A stretch of 64,000 nucleotides of DNA from an uncultured Oscillospiraceae bacterium (GCA_910578735.1 CAJTSQ010000004.1:22507-86506), one strand, 5' to 3'. Counted from the first letter of the stretch, positions 1 through 9,180 are shown. Program-made: numbers and translations. The notes: a model not told the origin generated them from the sequence alone.

Positions 1-1317
1 GCCGGCAAAGGTGACGGTGCCGCCGTCGGCGGCCTTGATCCGCTCGCCATAGGTGGCGTGGATATCCAGTCCGGAGTGGTAATTGGACCGGCCAAAAATC
101 TTCCGGCCGCCGAAGTAGGAGTTGATGCGCCGGCTGCTGGTGGGCCAGATGAAGGTGCCCTTGGAGGCGGTCTTGGGCTTCTCCTTGGTGCCCACGGCCT
201 TCACCGTGGTGGTAGGCTCCCGGAGGGTGGTGGTATTGGTGACATTGCGCTCCCGCTCATAGCCGTTGATATAGATGACGTCCGCCTCCACCCGGGCCTC
301 GCCCTCGGTCCCCTTGGTGAGAATCTTGGAGTCGCCCTTATACATGGAGCTGTCCTCCACCGTCTCCACCGGGCAGGCGATGGGCTCGGTATAGGTCACC
401 TGTTCGGTGGTCTGGACGGACAGGGTGGGGATGATCTCCTTGACATTGAGCACATCCCCCACCATCAGGCGGTTGATGCTGGCGTCAGGGTTGAGAGCCA
501 TCAGGTCGCTGAGGGACATGTCATTGCGGTAGGCGATGCCGTTGTAGGTATCGCCCTTGACCACAGTGTAGGTGGTCTCACCGGTGGTGTTGGCTTTCAG
601 GGCCTGGTCCATCTCAGAGATGGTCATCAGCTCGTCCACGGCGTAGACAGGGTTGATGCTCACCTGCTCCACAAAGCTGGCGGAAGTGGTGGTGTCGGTG
701 ACGAACTGCCCCTTGATGCTGTCCAGCATGGACTGGAGGGCCTCCTCGTCTTTCACCGTGCCGATGACCCGGCCATCCACCGACAGCTCGTAGCACCGCA
801 GCTGGTCACTGAGCTCATTAAGCTGGCCGTAGAAATAGTCCCGAATCTCCCGCTCTCCACTCAGGTCGCTTTTCAGGGTGAGGGTGAAATTGTAGTCGAT
901 GTTGTCATCCACATGGTAGGTGTAGCCCAGCAGCTGGCTGCCCCGGTTCTCTACAGCCGCGATAGCGTGGCTCACCACGCTCTGATCGGCCACCACCCCC
1001 ACCTCCTGGCCGTCGATAATGACGGCGTAGCTGGTGGAGTAGAGGGTGGTGAGGGTGAGGGCGGTGCCCAGGGCCCCGGCCACCAGCAGGAAGGAGATGG
1101 GCCCCACCGCCAGGTTTCCGGCGGCGGCACTGTGAAAAAGATGGGTCCAGCGGCGGATGTGGATGCGGCTCCACTCCCCAAAGGCTTTGCAGTACAGAGC
1201 CAGCCTCTGCCCCCGGCTCAGGGGCGTCAGGGGAATCTGCTCCGGCTGGGGAGAGGGCTGGGCCTGCTGCGGTCTGCGGGGAGGCACAGCGGGTCCCCGC
1301 GCAGTTACTTGATCCAT
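1..1317 (-). CDS. LysM/G5-domain M23 family metallopeptidase (N-terminal part; C-terminus runs off the left window edge)
   Basis: Absent from the ORF track because it is edge-truncated. Manual minus-strand translation from ATG 1317 (alternative 1323; GAGGT SD) gives a TM helix. It continues with VVKGDTYNGIAYRNDMSLSDLMALNP (LysM-like), YKGDSKILTKGTEGEARVEADVIYINGYE (G5-like) and NYHSGLDIHATYGERIKAADGGTVTFAG (M23 HxxxD). The 58..1335 + ORF is its antisense shadow. Confidence 0.8.
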   Translation of the reverse strand, partial: MDQVTARGPAVPPRRPQQAQPSPQPEQIPLTPLSRGQRLALYCKAFGEWSRIHIRRWTHLFHSAAAGNLAVGPISFLLVAGALGTALTLTTLYSTSYAVIIDGQEVGVVADQSVVSHAIAAVENRGSQLLGYTYHVDDNIDYNFTLTLKSDLSGEREIRDYFYGQLNELSDQLRCYELSVDGRVIGTVKDEEALQSMLDSIKGQFVTDTTTSASFVEQVSINPVYAVDELMTISEMDQALKANTTGETTYTVVKGDTYNGIAYRNDMSLSDLMALNPDASINRLMVGDVLNVKEIIPTLSVQTTEQVTYTEPIACPVETVEDSSMYKGDSKILTKGTEGEARVEADVIYINGYERERNVTNTTTLREPTTTVKAVGTKEKPKTASKGTFIWPTSSRRINSYFGGRKIFGRSNYHSGLDIHATYGERIKAADGGTVTFAG

Positions 1318-1454
1318 GGTCATTACCTCGTCTGATCTCAAACACAAAAATGACAATTATGATAAAAGGGTTACAAAATGGTAACAACAATATACACGTT
1401 TTCCCCGCTCACGTCAAGCCCCTTTTCCCCTTCACCGGGGAAATTTTGTTAAAA

Positions 1455-1497
1455 AAGTGTAAATAAAAGAACACCATAGCGCTTTCTATGGTGTTCT
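1455..1497 (-). terminator. intrinsic terminator downstream of the 1562..1861 gene
   Basis: A 12-bp perfect stem AGAACACCATAG/CTATGGTGTTCT (1468-1479/1486-1497) is followed on the minus strand by TTTTATTTAC. Confidence 0.6.
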
Positions 1498-1561
1498 TTG
1501 TGTAAATTGTATTTAAATGTGCAGACGCCCCAATATATTGTAGCAGTGCAAACAGAGGGGG

Positions 1562-1861
1562 CTACAGCATAACCCGCAGGGCAAAGACCAGGGTCATAAG
1601 CACCACGGCCAGGCTGGCATAGGCGTCCAGACACCAGGCCCGCCGCTCCCGACGGGTCCGGCGGCGCTCCTCGGGGGAGAGGGTAAGCACCACGGGCTGG
1701 AACCCGGGCTCCTCCTCGGGGAGGTACGCCTCCACCTCGGGCTGCCGGGCCAGACTGTCCCGCTGAGCAGCGGCTGCCTGCCTGCGGCGGAACTCGTTCA
1801 GGTCCACCACATTGCCGGTGTGCCGGATGAAATTGGACGTTTTATAGTACATGGTCTGCAT
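1562..1861 (-). CDS. small hypothetical protein with C-terminal TM helix (99 aa)
   Basis: This is an internal ATG of ORF 1562..2110 (MQTMYYKTSNFIRHTGN...) preceded by a GGAGGGG SD. It has a C-terminal hydrophobic helix AYASLAVVLMTLVFAL and a terminator downstream. Confidence 0.5.
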   Translation of the reverse strand: MQTMYYKTSNFIRHTGNVVDLNEFRRRQAAAAQRDSLARQPEVEAYLPEEEPGFQPVVLTLSPEERRRTRRERRAWCLDAYASLAVVLMTLVFALRVML

Positions 1862-2050
1862 ATTGGTCCCCTCCAGAACTTTAATGTCAGGGTAAGTATA
1901 GACCAGACGCTGTCCCGAAAACCGGACTATTGTAAGGATTTCCGGAAAAGAAACGTTTGTTCTGATTTTGAATATACAACATTTGTTCGATATTGTCAAG
2001 GGATACTCGAAAATTTGTTTGTTTTTTCTGTACACCCCGCCGGTCCCTAC

Positions 2051-2095
2051 ATATAATACAGACGCTGAACAGGAAAAAAGGTTCCCTTTGCATGT
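2051..2095 (+). repeat. copy 1 of a ~45-nt direct repeat (TATAATA..CAGA..GAACAGGAAAAAAGGTTCCCTTTGYATGT)
   Basis: It is near-identical to 2534..2579. It sits about 14 nt upstream of a TTGACT(-35)/TATACT(-10)-like promoter for the 2195 gene. Confidence 0.6.
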
Positions 2096-2194
2096 CTTTT
2101 CCCAGAACATTGACTGGGCGTATAAAAGTGTAGTATACTAATTATATCTTCTTTATTACCATCTTGCATGAAGTCAGAGACTGGAGGTCAACAA

Positions 2195-2404
2195 ATGAAA
2201 TTAGCACTAAGAGGCATTTCGGTGGCTACAATCGTCTTGATTCTGCTGGAAATGGCAGACTTGATTGGTGAACTGTTGCCAAAGCTATTCTTGGCGATTC
2301 TGCTGTTTGCGTATGCGCTTCAGAATTATCGAGAAAAGGATACAAAATTGGCGGTGCTCATGGGCATCCTTGGAGTGTTCGAGTTGCTGATGCTGGCGTT
2401 CTGA
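2195..2404 (+). CDS. small membrane protein (69 aa, two hydrophobic helices)
   Basis: ATG 2195 inside ORF 2168..2404 has a GGAGG SD 7 nt upstream. It lies in an AT-rich segment. Confidence 0.5.
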   Translation: MKLALRGISVATIVLILLEMADLIGELLPKLFLAILLFAYALQNYREKDTKLAVLMGILGVFELLMLAF

Positions 2405-2533
2405 AACAAACGATATTGTGCATTATATACAAAGTTTACAAAATATAATACAAATTATTGACTTTTTTGCTAAAACATGGTATTATTAAGAATGTCTCTA
2501 AGACAGGGCGCTGGCTTTTAGTCGGCGCCCTTC

Positions 2534-2579
2534 TATAATATACAGATACAGAACAGGAAAAAAGGTTCCCTTTGTATGT
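2534..2579 (+). repeat. copy 2 of the ~45-nt direct repeat
   Basis: It aligns with 2051..2095 with few mismatches. It lies about 18 nt upstream of the putative typA -35 element. Confidence 0.6.
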
Positions 2580-2597
2580 GTTTTTTTGCAGTCTGTG

Positions 2598-2626
2598 TTG
2601 ATTTTTCCTGAAAATGGGGGTATAAT
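2598..2626 (+). promoter_or_regulatory. putative sigma-A promoter of typA
   Basis: TTGATT (2598-2603), 17-nt spacer, TATAAT (2621-2626), about 45 nt upstream of the typA ATG. Confidence 0.4.
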
Positions 2627-2670
2627 GCTTTGGCTAATTGAGAAATCCACAGATTTGAGGTGCAATTCCC

Positions 2671-4500
2671 ATGAAAAATGAGAAGCTGAGAAATATTGCC
2701 ATCATCGCCCACGTAGACCACGGCAAGACCACCCTGGTGGACGAGATGCTCAAGCAGTCCGGTGTCTACCGGGAGAACCAGGCGGTCACCGACCGGGTGA
2801 TGGACTCAGGCGACCTGGAGCGTGAGCGGGGCATCACCATCACCGCCAAGAACACCGCCGTGCAGTACGGCGATGTGAAGATCAACATCGTGGACACCCC
2901 GGGCCACGCCGACTTCGGCGGCGAGGTGGAGCGCATCCTGAAAATGGTCAACGGCGTTATTCTTCTGGTTGACGCCGCCGAGGGCCCCATGCCCCAGACC
3001 CGGTTTGTGCTTTCCAAGGCTCTGGAGCTGGGCCACAAGGTGATCGTGGTGGTGAACAAGATCGACCGCCCCGACCAGCGGGTCTATGAGGTGGTGGACG
3101 AGTGTCTGGAGCTGCTGCTGGACCTGGACGCCACCGACGAGCAGCTGGATTCCCCCATGCTGTTTTGCTCCGGTCGGCAAGGCACCGCCTCGGTGCAGCC
3201 CGATGTGGCGGGCAGCGATTTGAAGCCCCTGTTCGACACCATCATCGACTATATCCCCGCCCCCGAGGTGGATCTAGAGGCCCCCTTCCAGATGCTGGTG
3301 TCCTCCATTGACTACAACGAATTTGTAGGCCGCATCGCCATCGGCCGCATCGAGCGGGGCCACGTGAGGCAGAATCAGGAGATCGCCGTGTGCAACTACC
3401 ACAACCCCGACGACGCCCCCATGAAGGCCAAGGCCACCGCCCTCTACGAGTTCGACGGCCTGGGCAAGGTTCCCGTCCAGGAGGCCGCCGCCGGCAACAT
3501 CATCGCCCTCAGCGGCATCGGCGATGTGACCATCGGCGACACCATCTGCGCCCCGGACGCGGTGGAGCCCATTGAATTCGTTCAGATCTCCGCCCCCACC
3601 ATTGAGATGACCTTCTCCGTCAACGACTCCCCCTTTGCCGGCCGGGAGGGCAAATTCGTCACCTCCCGCCAGCTCCGGGACCGGCTGTTCCGGGAGACCC
3701 TGAAGGACGTGTCCCTGAAGGTGTCTGAGATGGAGGGGGCCACCGACTCCTTCAACGTGGCCGGCCGGGGGGAGATGTCCCTGTCCATCCTCATCGAGAC
3801 CATGCGCCGGGAAGGATATGAGCTCCAGGTGTCGCCCCCCCGCGTCCTCTACCAGGAGGTGGACGGCGTGAAGTGCGAGCCCATCGAGCGGGTAGTTGTC
3901 GACGTGCCCACCGACTATGTGGGGGCCGTGATGGAGAAGCTGGGTTCCCGCAAGGGGGAGTTTGTCACCATGAATCCCGTGGGGAACCGCACCAAGCTGG
4001 AGTTTCTGGTGCCCGCCCGGGGCCTGTTCGGCTACCGCAGCGAGTTTTTAACCGACACCAAGGGCGAGGGCATTATGGCCTCCGTCTTCGACAGCTACGC
4101 CCCCGTCAAGGGAGAAATCCAGCGCCGGTCCACCGGCTCCTTGGTGGCCTTTGAGACGGGCGAGGCGGTCACCTACGGCCTGTTCAACGCCCAGGAGCGG
4201 GGGGCCCTGTTCATCGGGGCGGGCACGCCGGTCTACGGCGGCATGATCGTGGGCGAGTGCCCCAAGGCGGAGGATATCTCCGTCAACGTGTGTAAAAAGA
4301 AGCAGCTGACCAACATGCGGGCCTCCGGCTCCGACGAGGCCCTGCGGCTGGTCACCCCCCGCACCCTCTCCCTGGAGCAGTGCCTGGAGTTTTTGGCCGA
4401 TGACGAGCTTCTGGAGTGCACCCCTGAAAACCTGCGCCTGCGCAAGCGCCTGCTGGACCACGGCGCCCGCATGCGGGAAGCCTCCAAGAAAAAAGGTTGA
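2671..4500 (+). CDS. typA: translational GTPase TypA/BipA
   Basis: 609 aa. It has [21 protein letters not shown] and NKID GTPase motifs and an EF-G-like domain order with a BipA-type C-terminus. Confidence 0.97.
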   Translation: MKNEKLRNIAIIAHVDHGKTTLVDEMLKQSGVYRENQAVTDRVMDSGDLERERGITITAKNTAVQYGDVKINIVDTPGHADFGGEVERILKMVNGVILLVDAAEGPMPQTRFVLSKALELGHKVIVVVNKIDRPDQRVYEVVDECLELLLDLDATDEQLDSPMLFCSGRQGTASVQPDVAGSDLKPLFDTIIDYIPAPEVDLEAPFQMLVSSIDYNEFVGRIAIGRIERGHVRQNQEIAVCNYHNPDDAPMKAKATALYEFDGLGKVPVQEAAAGNIIALSGIGDVTIGDTICAPDAVEPIEFVQISAPTIEMTFSVNDSPFAGREGKFVTSRQLRDRLFRETLKDVSLKVSEMEGATDSFNVAGRGEMSLSILIETMRREGYELQVSPPRVLYQEVDGVKCEPIERVVVDVPTDYVGAVMEKLGSRKGEFVTMNPVGNRTKLEFLVPARGLFGYRSEFLTDTKGEGIMASVFDSYAPVKGEIQRRSTGSLVAFETGEAVTYGLFNAQERGALFIGAGTPVYGGMIVGECPKAEDISVNVCKKKQLTNMRASGSDEALRLVTPRTLSLEQCLEFLADDELLECTPENLRLRKRLLDHGARMREASKKKG

Positions 4501-4506
4501 TTTTAC

Positions 4507-4530
4507 GGCCCTCCGATTCTTCGGAGGGCC
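4507..4530 (+). terminator. hairpin just after the typA stop
   Basis: GGCCCTCCGA-TTCT-TCGGAGGGCC forms a perfect 10-bp stem. There is no clear U-tail. Confidence 0.45.
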
Positions 4531-4674
4531 GTGTCTATTAAGAGGGCATATGGGTTCTTTCTAAGGAAAGTATTGCTGGGATATCACTTCGGCAGCCTCT
4601 GCAAAAGCACATTGTTATAGCAGAAACTATGTGCTATAATCAATTCGACAAATCAGACTTTAAGGAGAAAGAAT

Positions 4675-5253
4675 ATGAAAAATTTTTCTATGCCAGAGCA
4701 AGTTTCTCCAACATTAGAAATAGATGAATTAATGAGGTTGAAACATAGTCTGGAAAAGAATGTATCAAGGGAAGTTGCGGAAAGCATAATAAAGGAAATT
4801 CCGTTATCAATAAATTCAACACCAGACATTCGAGCCGAGTGGGTAGAAAAACTATCTGCTATTCTTGAAAATAGATTTGATAAAAAAACGGTACAAAACA
4901 TTCGCCAAGCGTGCTATTGTAATGAAAATGGCAGATTAGAAGATACAGCAAATAACTTGAAACAACTCTATCTCTCTTTGGATAAGGATTTGCATAGATT
5001 TGTCAATGCTTTGAATGAAAATGGTGCCGGTTGGTTTATTAAAGATAATCAATTATATACAAAAATGTTTTCTTGTGAATGTCCTATGTTAGAAAAAGCA
5101 AAAAATTCAAATTCATTAACATGGTGTCACTGCACTGCTGGATATAACAAAAAATTATTTGAGATCGTTTTTGAAAAACCTGTCTATGTAGAAATTGTGC
5201 AAAGCATACGGCAAGGATTTGATTTTTGCCTTTTGAGAATTATAGTTCAATAA
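4675..5253 (+). CDS. Cys-rich hypothetical protein (192 aa) with three CxC motifs
   Basis: It has an AGGAGA SD and sits in an AT-rich islet. Motifs are ACYCNENG, SCECPML and WCHCTAGY. It may belong to a DUF-type family, but this is not verified. Confidence 0.6.
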   Translation: MKNFSMPEQVSPTLEIDELMRLKHSLEKNVSREVAESIIKEIPLSINSTPDIRAEWVEKLSAILENRFDKKTVQNIRQACYCNENGRLEDTANNLKQLYLSLDKDLHRFVNALNENGAGWFIKDNQLYTKMFSCECPMLEKAKNSNSLTWCHCTAGYNKKLFEIVFEKPVYVEIVQSIRQGFDFCLLRIIVQ

Positions 5254-5365
5254 ATCCCGGATGATCGGACAGCCATCCATCAACAAGGGATTGCTCCCTT
5301 TGGATATTTTGACGCGCGGTTTGACGAAGATGCATTTGGCAAGACCAATCTGAGAAGGGATACAT

Positions 5366-5824
5366 ATGGAAGAAAAAATGCTGAAAATACACTGCTCCGG
5401 CATTGAAAACGGGAAGTTTCACATTGACCATACTGGCCGGGGGGCGGACCGCTCCCCGGAGCTGGTGCTGGAAAACCTGTCCCCGGCGGCGGTCACTTTG
5501 GCTGTCACCCTGGAGGACCTGAGCCACCCCATAAAGAACTTCACCCACTGGGTAATCTGGAATCTTCCGGCGGCGGACCGCATCCCCGGGGCCATCCCGG
5601 CGGGGAAGTCCACTCTGGACGGCGCGGTCCAGGGGGTGGCCTACGGCCTCCACCGCTACGCCGGACCCAAGCCGCCGAAAGGGAGGACTCACACCTACTG
5701 CTTTACTGTTTACACCTTGGACCGCGCCTTAGACCTGCCAAGCGGCGCGCGGAAAAAGACCTTTCTCCAGGCGGCGGAGGGGCATATCCTCCAGAGCGGG
5801 AGTATCTCTGGAGAATTTGAGTAA
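5366..5824 (+). CDS. YbhB/YbcL family Raf-kinase-inhibitor-like (PEBP) protein
   Basis: 152 aa. GADRSPELVLENL...HWVIWNLP...YAGPKPPKGRTHTYCFTVYTLD matches the bacterial PEBP pattern. Confidence 0.9.
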   Translation: MEEKMLKIHCSGIENGKFHIDHTGRGADRSPELVLENLSPAAVTLAVTLEDLSHPIKNFTHWVIWNLPAADRIPGAIPAGKSTLDGAVQGVAYGLHRYAGPKPPKGRTHTYCFTVYTLDRALDLPSGARKKTFLQAAEGHILQSGSISGEFE

Positions 5825-5830
5825 AATAGA

Positions 5831-5875
5831 AAATGTTCCGTATTTTACGATGTGTAAAGTACGGAACGTTTTTAC
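5831..5875. terminator. bidirectional terminator between the PEBP and XRE genes
   Basis: The stem GTTCCGTA/TACGGAAC (5835-5842/5860-5867) is extended by flanking A/T pairs. T-runs are present on both strands. Confidence 0.55.
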
Positions 5876-6115
5876 TTATAAGCCTCTAAAGAATTCATCA
5901 AAAGAATCGACCTGATAGATATCCTTTAATGCCCGCAATACGCTGACTTTTATGCTGTAATTACCCAATTCCATTTGGGAAATGATCTCACGGCTTATAT
6001 CAATGCCCACCAGTTGCAGTTTTGCGGCAGCCTTTTCCTGAGAAAGTCCCGATTGTTTTCTCAAACGCCGCAGGTTTGCCCCAATTGAGATATCCTGTTT
6101 CAGCTTTTTTGACAT
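5876..6115 (-). CDS. XRE-family helix-turn-helix transcriptional regulator
   Basis: ORF 5876..6130 begins with TTG. The ATG at 6115 with a GGAGAG SD is preferred. IGANLRRLRKQSGLSQEKAAAKL is a classic HTH_3 motif. Confidence 0.8.
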   Translation of the reverse strand: MSKKLKQDISIGANLRRLRKQSGLSQEKAAAKLQLVGIDISREIISQMELGNYSIKVSVLRALKDIYQVDSFDEFFRGL

Positions 6116-6263
6116 CCCTATTCTCTCCAAAAATTTTTTTGGAATATATACATTCCATTATTGATTTTAGGTTATTGCCATGGTAATATTGGAATGAATA
6201 GATTCCGAAAATGAAGAGGGATATAAAATATTTGACAATATTGAGAAGGGAAGTCTAATTAAG

Positions 6264-6425
6264 ATGAAAAAACTAACAATAGAGGTTCCAGACTACATAT
6301 TTACGTTTTATAAAAAAGTTGGGGAACAAGCAGGTGGCATTACGGTGGAAAAAGTAATGTCAGACGCACTATTCAAATTAGCGGGAGAGCTGTCGCTAAA
6401 TGCGCTCAAAAATACGGATGGCTGA
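6264..6425 (+). CDS. possible 53-aa protein, divergent from the XRE gene (RHH-like N-terminus?)
   Basis: It is below the ORF-track size cutoff. It reads ATG 6264 ... TGA 6423-6425, MKKLTIEVPDYIFTFYKKVGEQAGGITVEKVMSDALFKLAGEL..., and is followed directly by a terminator hairpin. Confidence 0.35.
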   Translation: MKKLTIEVPDYIFTFYKKVGEQAGGITVEKVMSDALFKLAGELSLNALKNTDG

Positions 6426-6446
6426 ATCATCGGCCATCCGTTTTCT
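6414..6446. terminator. bidirectional terminator (small ORF / rubrerythrin)
   Basis: The stem ACGGATGGC/GCCATCCGT (6414-6422/6433-6441) has T-rich tails on both strands. Confidence 0.6.
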
Positions 6447-6447
6447 T

Positions 6448-7050
6448 TCAACTCCAGGGCGCCAGCTCAAACCGCACAAAGTATCCCTGGGGGTGGCGGC
6501 AGACGGGGCAGTGGGCGGGGGCGGCGGTGGCCTCCACCACAAAGCCGCAGTGCAGGCACATCCACTGCGTCTCCACCTCGGAGAAAAACAGCTGGTTTTT
6601 CTCCATCAGGTCGGCGAACCTGCCGAAGCGGTCGCCGTGAGTCTTCTCCACCCGGGCGATGTTCTCAAAGAGCTTGCCCACCAGGGGGAAGCCTTCGCTC
6701 ATGGCGGTCTTGGCGAAGTGGTCATAGTCATGCTCCCACTCCTGATACTCGTTGTGCTGGGCGGCCCGGAGGTAGTCCAGCACCCCGGAGTAGATGTCCA
6801 CCGGGTAGGTGCCGTCTACCTTGACGGTCTGGCCGGCGCAGTCCTCCAGGGCGGCATAAAACTGCTTGGCGTGGACCCGCTCCTGCTCGGCGGTAAAGAG
6901 GAATACCCCCTGGATGACAGCAAGCCCCGCCTTGTTGGCCACTCCGGCGGCGATGGTGTAGCGGTTGCGGGCCTGGCTCTCCCCGGCGAAGGCCCGCATG
7001 AGATTTTCCCGGGTCTGGCTGTGGAGAAAGGCCTCGGTTTTGTCGGACAT
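6448..7050 (-). CDS. rbr: rubrerythrin
   Basis: The ATG at 7050 has an AGGAGGG SD. Diiron ferritin-like motifs (FAGESQARNRY, EQERVHAKQF) and a C-terminal rubredoxin-like CLHCG...CPVC are present. Confidence 0.95.
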   Translation of the reverse strand: MSDKTEAFLHSQTRENLMRAFAGESQARNRYTIAAGVANKAGLAVIQGVFLFTAEQERVHAKQFYAALEDCAGQTVKVDGTYPVDIYSGVLDYLRAAQHNEYQEWEHDYDHFAKTAMSEGFPLVGKLFENIARVEKTHGDRFGRFADLMEKNQLFFSEVETQWMCLHCGFVVEATAAPAHCPVCRHPQGYFVRFELAPWS

Positions 7051-7141
7051 AATAACCCTCCTTGCGATATTTTTGATTCCCGCCCTTTCGGGCGGGAATG
7101 TGAGTACCGCTGTGGGTTCAGTATGTCTCAAAAGCTGGAAA

Positions 7142-8299
7142 TTATCCGGCGTTGACGGGAATCTTGTTCTCCCCGTACTGCAAATAGTCCACCTGGCTCA
7201 GGTCAAGGGGCTGGTCGAAGATAACAAAGCCCTCCAGTTCCCGCGTGCCGGTCTGGGAATCGCCAACATCTGTGTCACAGCCGTGGATACAGGGGATCGC
7301 CGTACCGTCCTTCAAAACGATTTCCACAGGGCCCAGGCCGGCGCCGATCCAGTTGTTGTCCTTCGGCAGGGTGGTGGTGTAGCGGTAGGACAGGCTCAGC
7401 GGGGACAGGGACATTTGCTTCACGGTGTTGGTCACGTCGTAGGCCACGCCCCGGAACTCGTCTTCTGCCCGGGTGCTCCAGGTAAGGCCGTCCACAGCCA
7501 GGTCCAGCAGCTGAGATTGGAAATTCAGACCAATGTCGAAGGCAAATTCTCCGGTGAAAATGGGGGTATAGGCTTTGTCCGAGTCCTGCGTCCACAGGCC
7601 GTGGATGGTAAGCTGCTTGGACACCCCGTCGTTAAGGGCGATCCCGTCGTCACTGAGGTTGGTAAACTGCACTACAAATTCCTTTACATTGTCGTTGGGC
7701 TCGCTGTCGGGCAGGGGGCGGAAGTTCAGCTGATAGCCGAAGGTGTCCGCCGGATAGGCTCCCTGAGCGGGCTCCAGGGTGAGGCGGTCGGCCGCCTCGG
7801 GGCCAAAGAGCTGATAGCAGGCCCCGTCCCGCTCCCAGTCCAGGTCCGGCAGGGCGGTCCCCTCCGGGGCCTCCACCCGCAGGCGCAGGTAGTAGATATT
7901 CCCGTCGGCCAGAGCGGCCAGGGGGGTGATGCTGGCCCCGTTGTCGGTGACGGCGGCGGGGGCAGCCCCGTCCTGTCCCTCAAAGGTTTGGACCAGCCGG
8001 TCAATGGTCTCCATCTGGCCCGGGGTGAGGGAGTCGTCCCCCCGGGAGAACACATCCCCGAACAGATCCCCGCCCAGCAGCCGGCCGGCGGCCAGGGCGG
8101 AGGCACAGAAGGCGGCCACTACGGCGGCGGCAATGAGCAGGCGGGCGGGCTGAAAACGCCGCTTGTTGGTTTTGGTCTCAGTTTGAATATTTTTCATGGT
8201 AATCTCCTTAATTCTTGTGGGGGAATAGGGGGTATTTCCGCCCAATTCCACATCCTCCGCCGGATAGCGGTCCAGCAGGTCCGAAATGTTACGCTTCAC
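7142..8299 (-). CDS. putative anti-sigma factor / single-pass membrane protein with large extracytoplasmic domain
   Basis: Its start overlaps the sigma gene stop by 11 nt. It has one TM helix (ARLLIAAAVVAAFCASALAA) after a roughly 50-aa cytoplasmic segment. Confidence 0.6.
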   Translation of the reverse strand: MKRNISDLLDRYPAEDVELGGNTPYSPTRIKEITMKNIQTETKTNKRRFQPARLLIAAAVVAAFCASALAAGRLLGGDLFGDVFSRGDDSLTPGQMETIDRLVQTFEGQDGAAPAAVTDNGASITPLAALADGNIYYLRLRVEAPEGTALPDLDWERDGACYQLFGPEAADRLTLEPAQGAYPADTFGYQLNFRPLPDSEPNDNVKEFVVQFTNLSDDGIALNDGVSKQLTIHGLWTQDSDKAYTPIFTGEFAFDIGLNFQSQLLDLAVDGLTWSTRAEDEFRGVAYDVTNTVKQMSLSPLSLSYRYTTTLPKDNNWIGAGLGPVEIVLKDGTAIPCIHGCDTDVGDSQTGTRELEGFVIFDQPLDLSQVDYLQYGENKIPVNAG

Positions 8300-8840
8300 G
8301 GAGAAACCCCTCCCTTGTCAATATTTCCTTCAGCTTCATCCGGCCCCGCCGGAGCTTGGTTTTGATGGTGGACTCGTTGATGCGCATACAGCGGGCAATC
8401 TCCTGCACCGTCTGGGCGTAGTAGTAGTGCCGCAGGAAGATCTCCCGGTCCGGCCCGGGCAGAGAGTCTACCGCCTGGCGGACCTGCTGCCGTTCCACCG
8501 CCCGTTCATATTCGCCGGGCGGGTCGTCGGGGCCGGGGATATCCAGGGCATCCTCCTCCAGGGGAAGGGTCCTATTGATCTGCCGCAGCCGGTTTTTGGC
8601 CTTGTTCCGGGCCACCGCCCCCAGCCAGGCCTTGACCGAGCCCGGCCGCAGGGCCTCTGGCCGGCTCCAGGCGGCCAGAAACACATCGGAGACAATCTCC
8701 TCCCCGTCCTCGGCAGGCATGGCGTTGCGCAGGATATGCCACACCACCGCCGAGACGTAGGGGAGGTAGCGGTCCATCAGCGCCTCCAGTCCGGCGGGAT
8801 TGCCGGATTGTATTTTTTCAATTATCACTTCTTCCCGCAT
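8289..8840 (-). CDS. ECF-type sigma-70 family RNA polymerase sigma factor
   Basis: The ATG at 8840 has an AGGGGTG SD. Region 2 reads DRYLPYVSAVVWHIL...EDGEEIVSDVFLAAW, and the region 4 HTH reads QTVQEIARCMRINESTIKTKLRRGR. Confidence 0.9.
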   Translation of the reverse strand: MREEVIIEKIQSGNPAGLEALMDRYLPYVSAVVWHILRNAMPAEDGEEIVSDVFLAAWSRPEALRPGSVKAWLGAVARNKAKNRLRQINRTLPLEEDALDIPGPDDPPGEYERAVERQQVRQAVDSLPGPDREIFLRHYYYAQTVQEIARCMRINESTIKTKLRRGRMKLKEILTREGFLREA

Positions 8841-8969
8841 AAGGAACACCCCTGAACTGATTTGAAAGCCGCTTTCACCTATCATATCACAGACAAGTCC
8901 TCCTCGGTTTCCTGTTTTGTTTTCCTGTGGGGTAAATGTCAAGAAAAATTTGGTCCGGTAAAGATTTTG

Positions 8970-9059
8970 ACTTTACAGTACGGCTGCAAGAAAGACCCGG
9001 CAGACATAAACAGGTGGATCGTGGATGAATCGGCGGCGGTAGTTCAACGGATTTTCCAG
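8970..9059 (+). pseudogene. about 30-codon remnant of a large serine recombinase (recombinase-domain motif)
   Basis: The frame of ORF 8862..9167 reads LTLQYGCKKDPADINRWIVDESAAVVQRIFQ. This resembles the YGYKKDPxDxNxWxIDEEAAxVVRRIF motif of Clostridial large serine recombinases. The flanks are not coding. Confidence 0.4.
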
Positions 9060-9180
9060 AAGATATTCCCCTGCCCCTGTTCAAAATCTCCGTCAGCACC
9101 GCCGCAGGCCAGCGTAAAAAGACGGCGTAGTCATAACTACACCGTCCCAATAGATAGAATTTCTTGACAGATTAGCTGAA

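Noticed and set aside
58-1335. 425-aa plus-strand ORF
   Set aside because: It is the antisense shadow of the real minus-strand LysM/G5/M23 peptidase gene. It has a Gly/Ala/Val/His/Leu-rich low-information sequence, no motifs and no SD.
7076-7099. Perfect 10-bp hairpin ATTCCCGCCC-TTTC-GGGCGGGAAT between the anti-sigma gene and rubrerythrin, considered as an intrinsic terminator
   Set aside because: The T-run lies on the wrong side for a minus-strand transcript (an A-run follows the stem). It may still be a processing or attenuation structure, but a terminator call is not supported.
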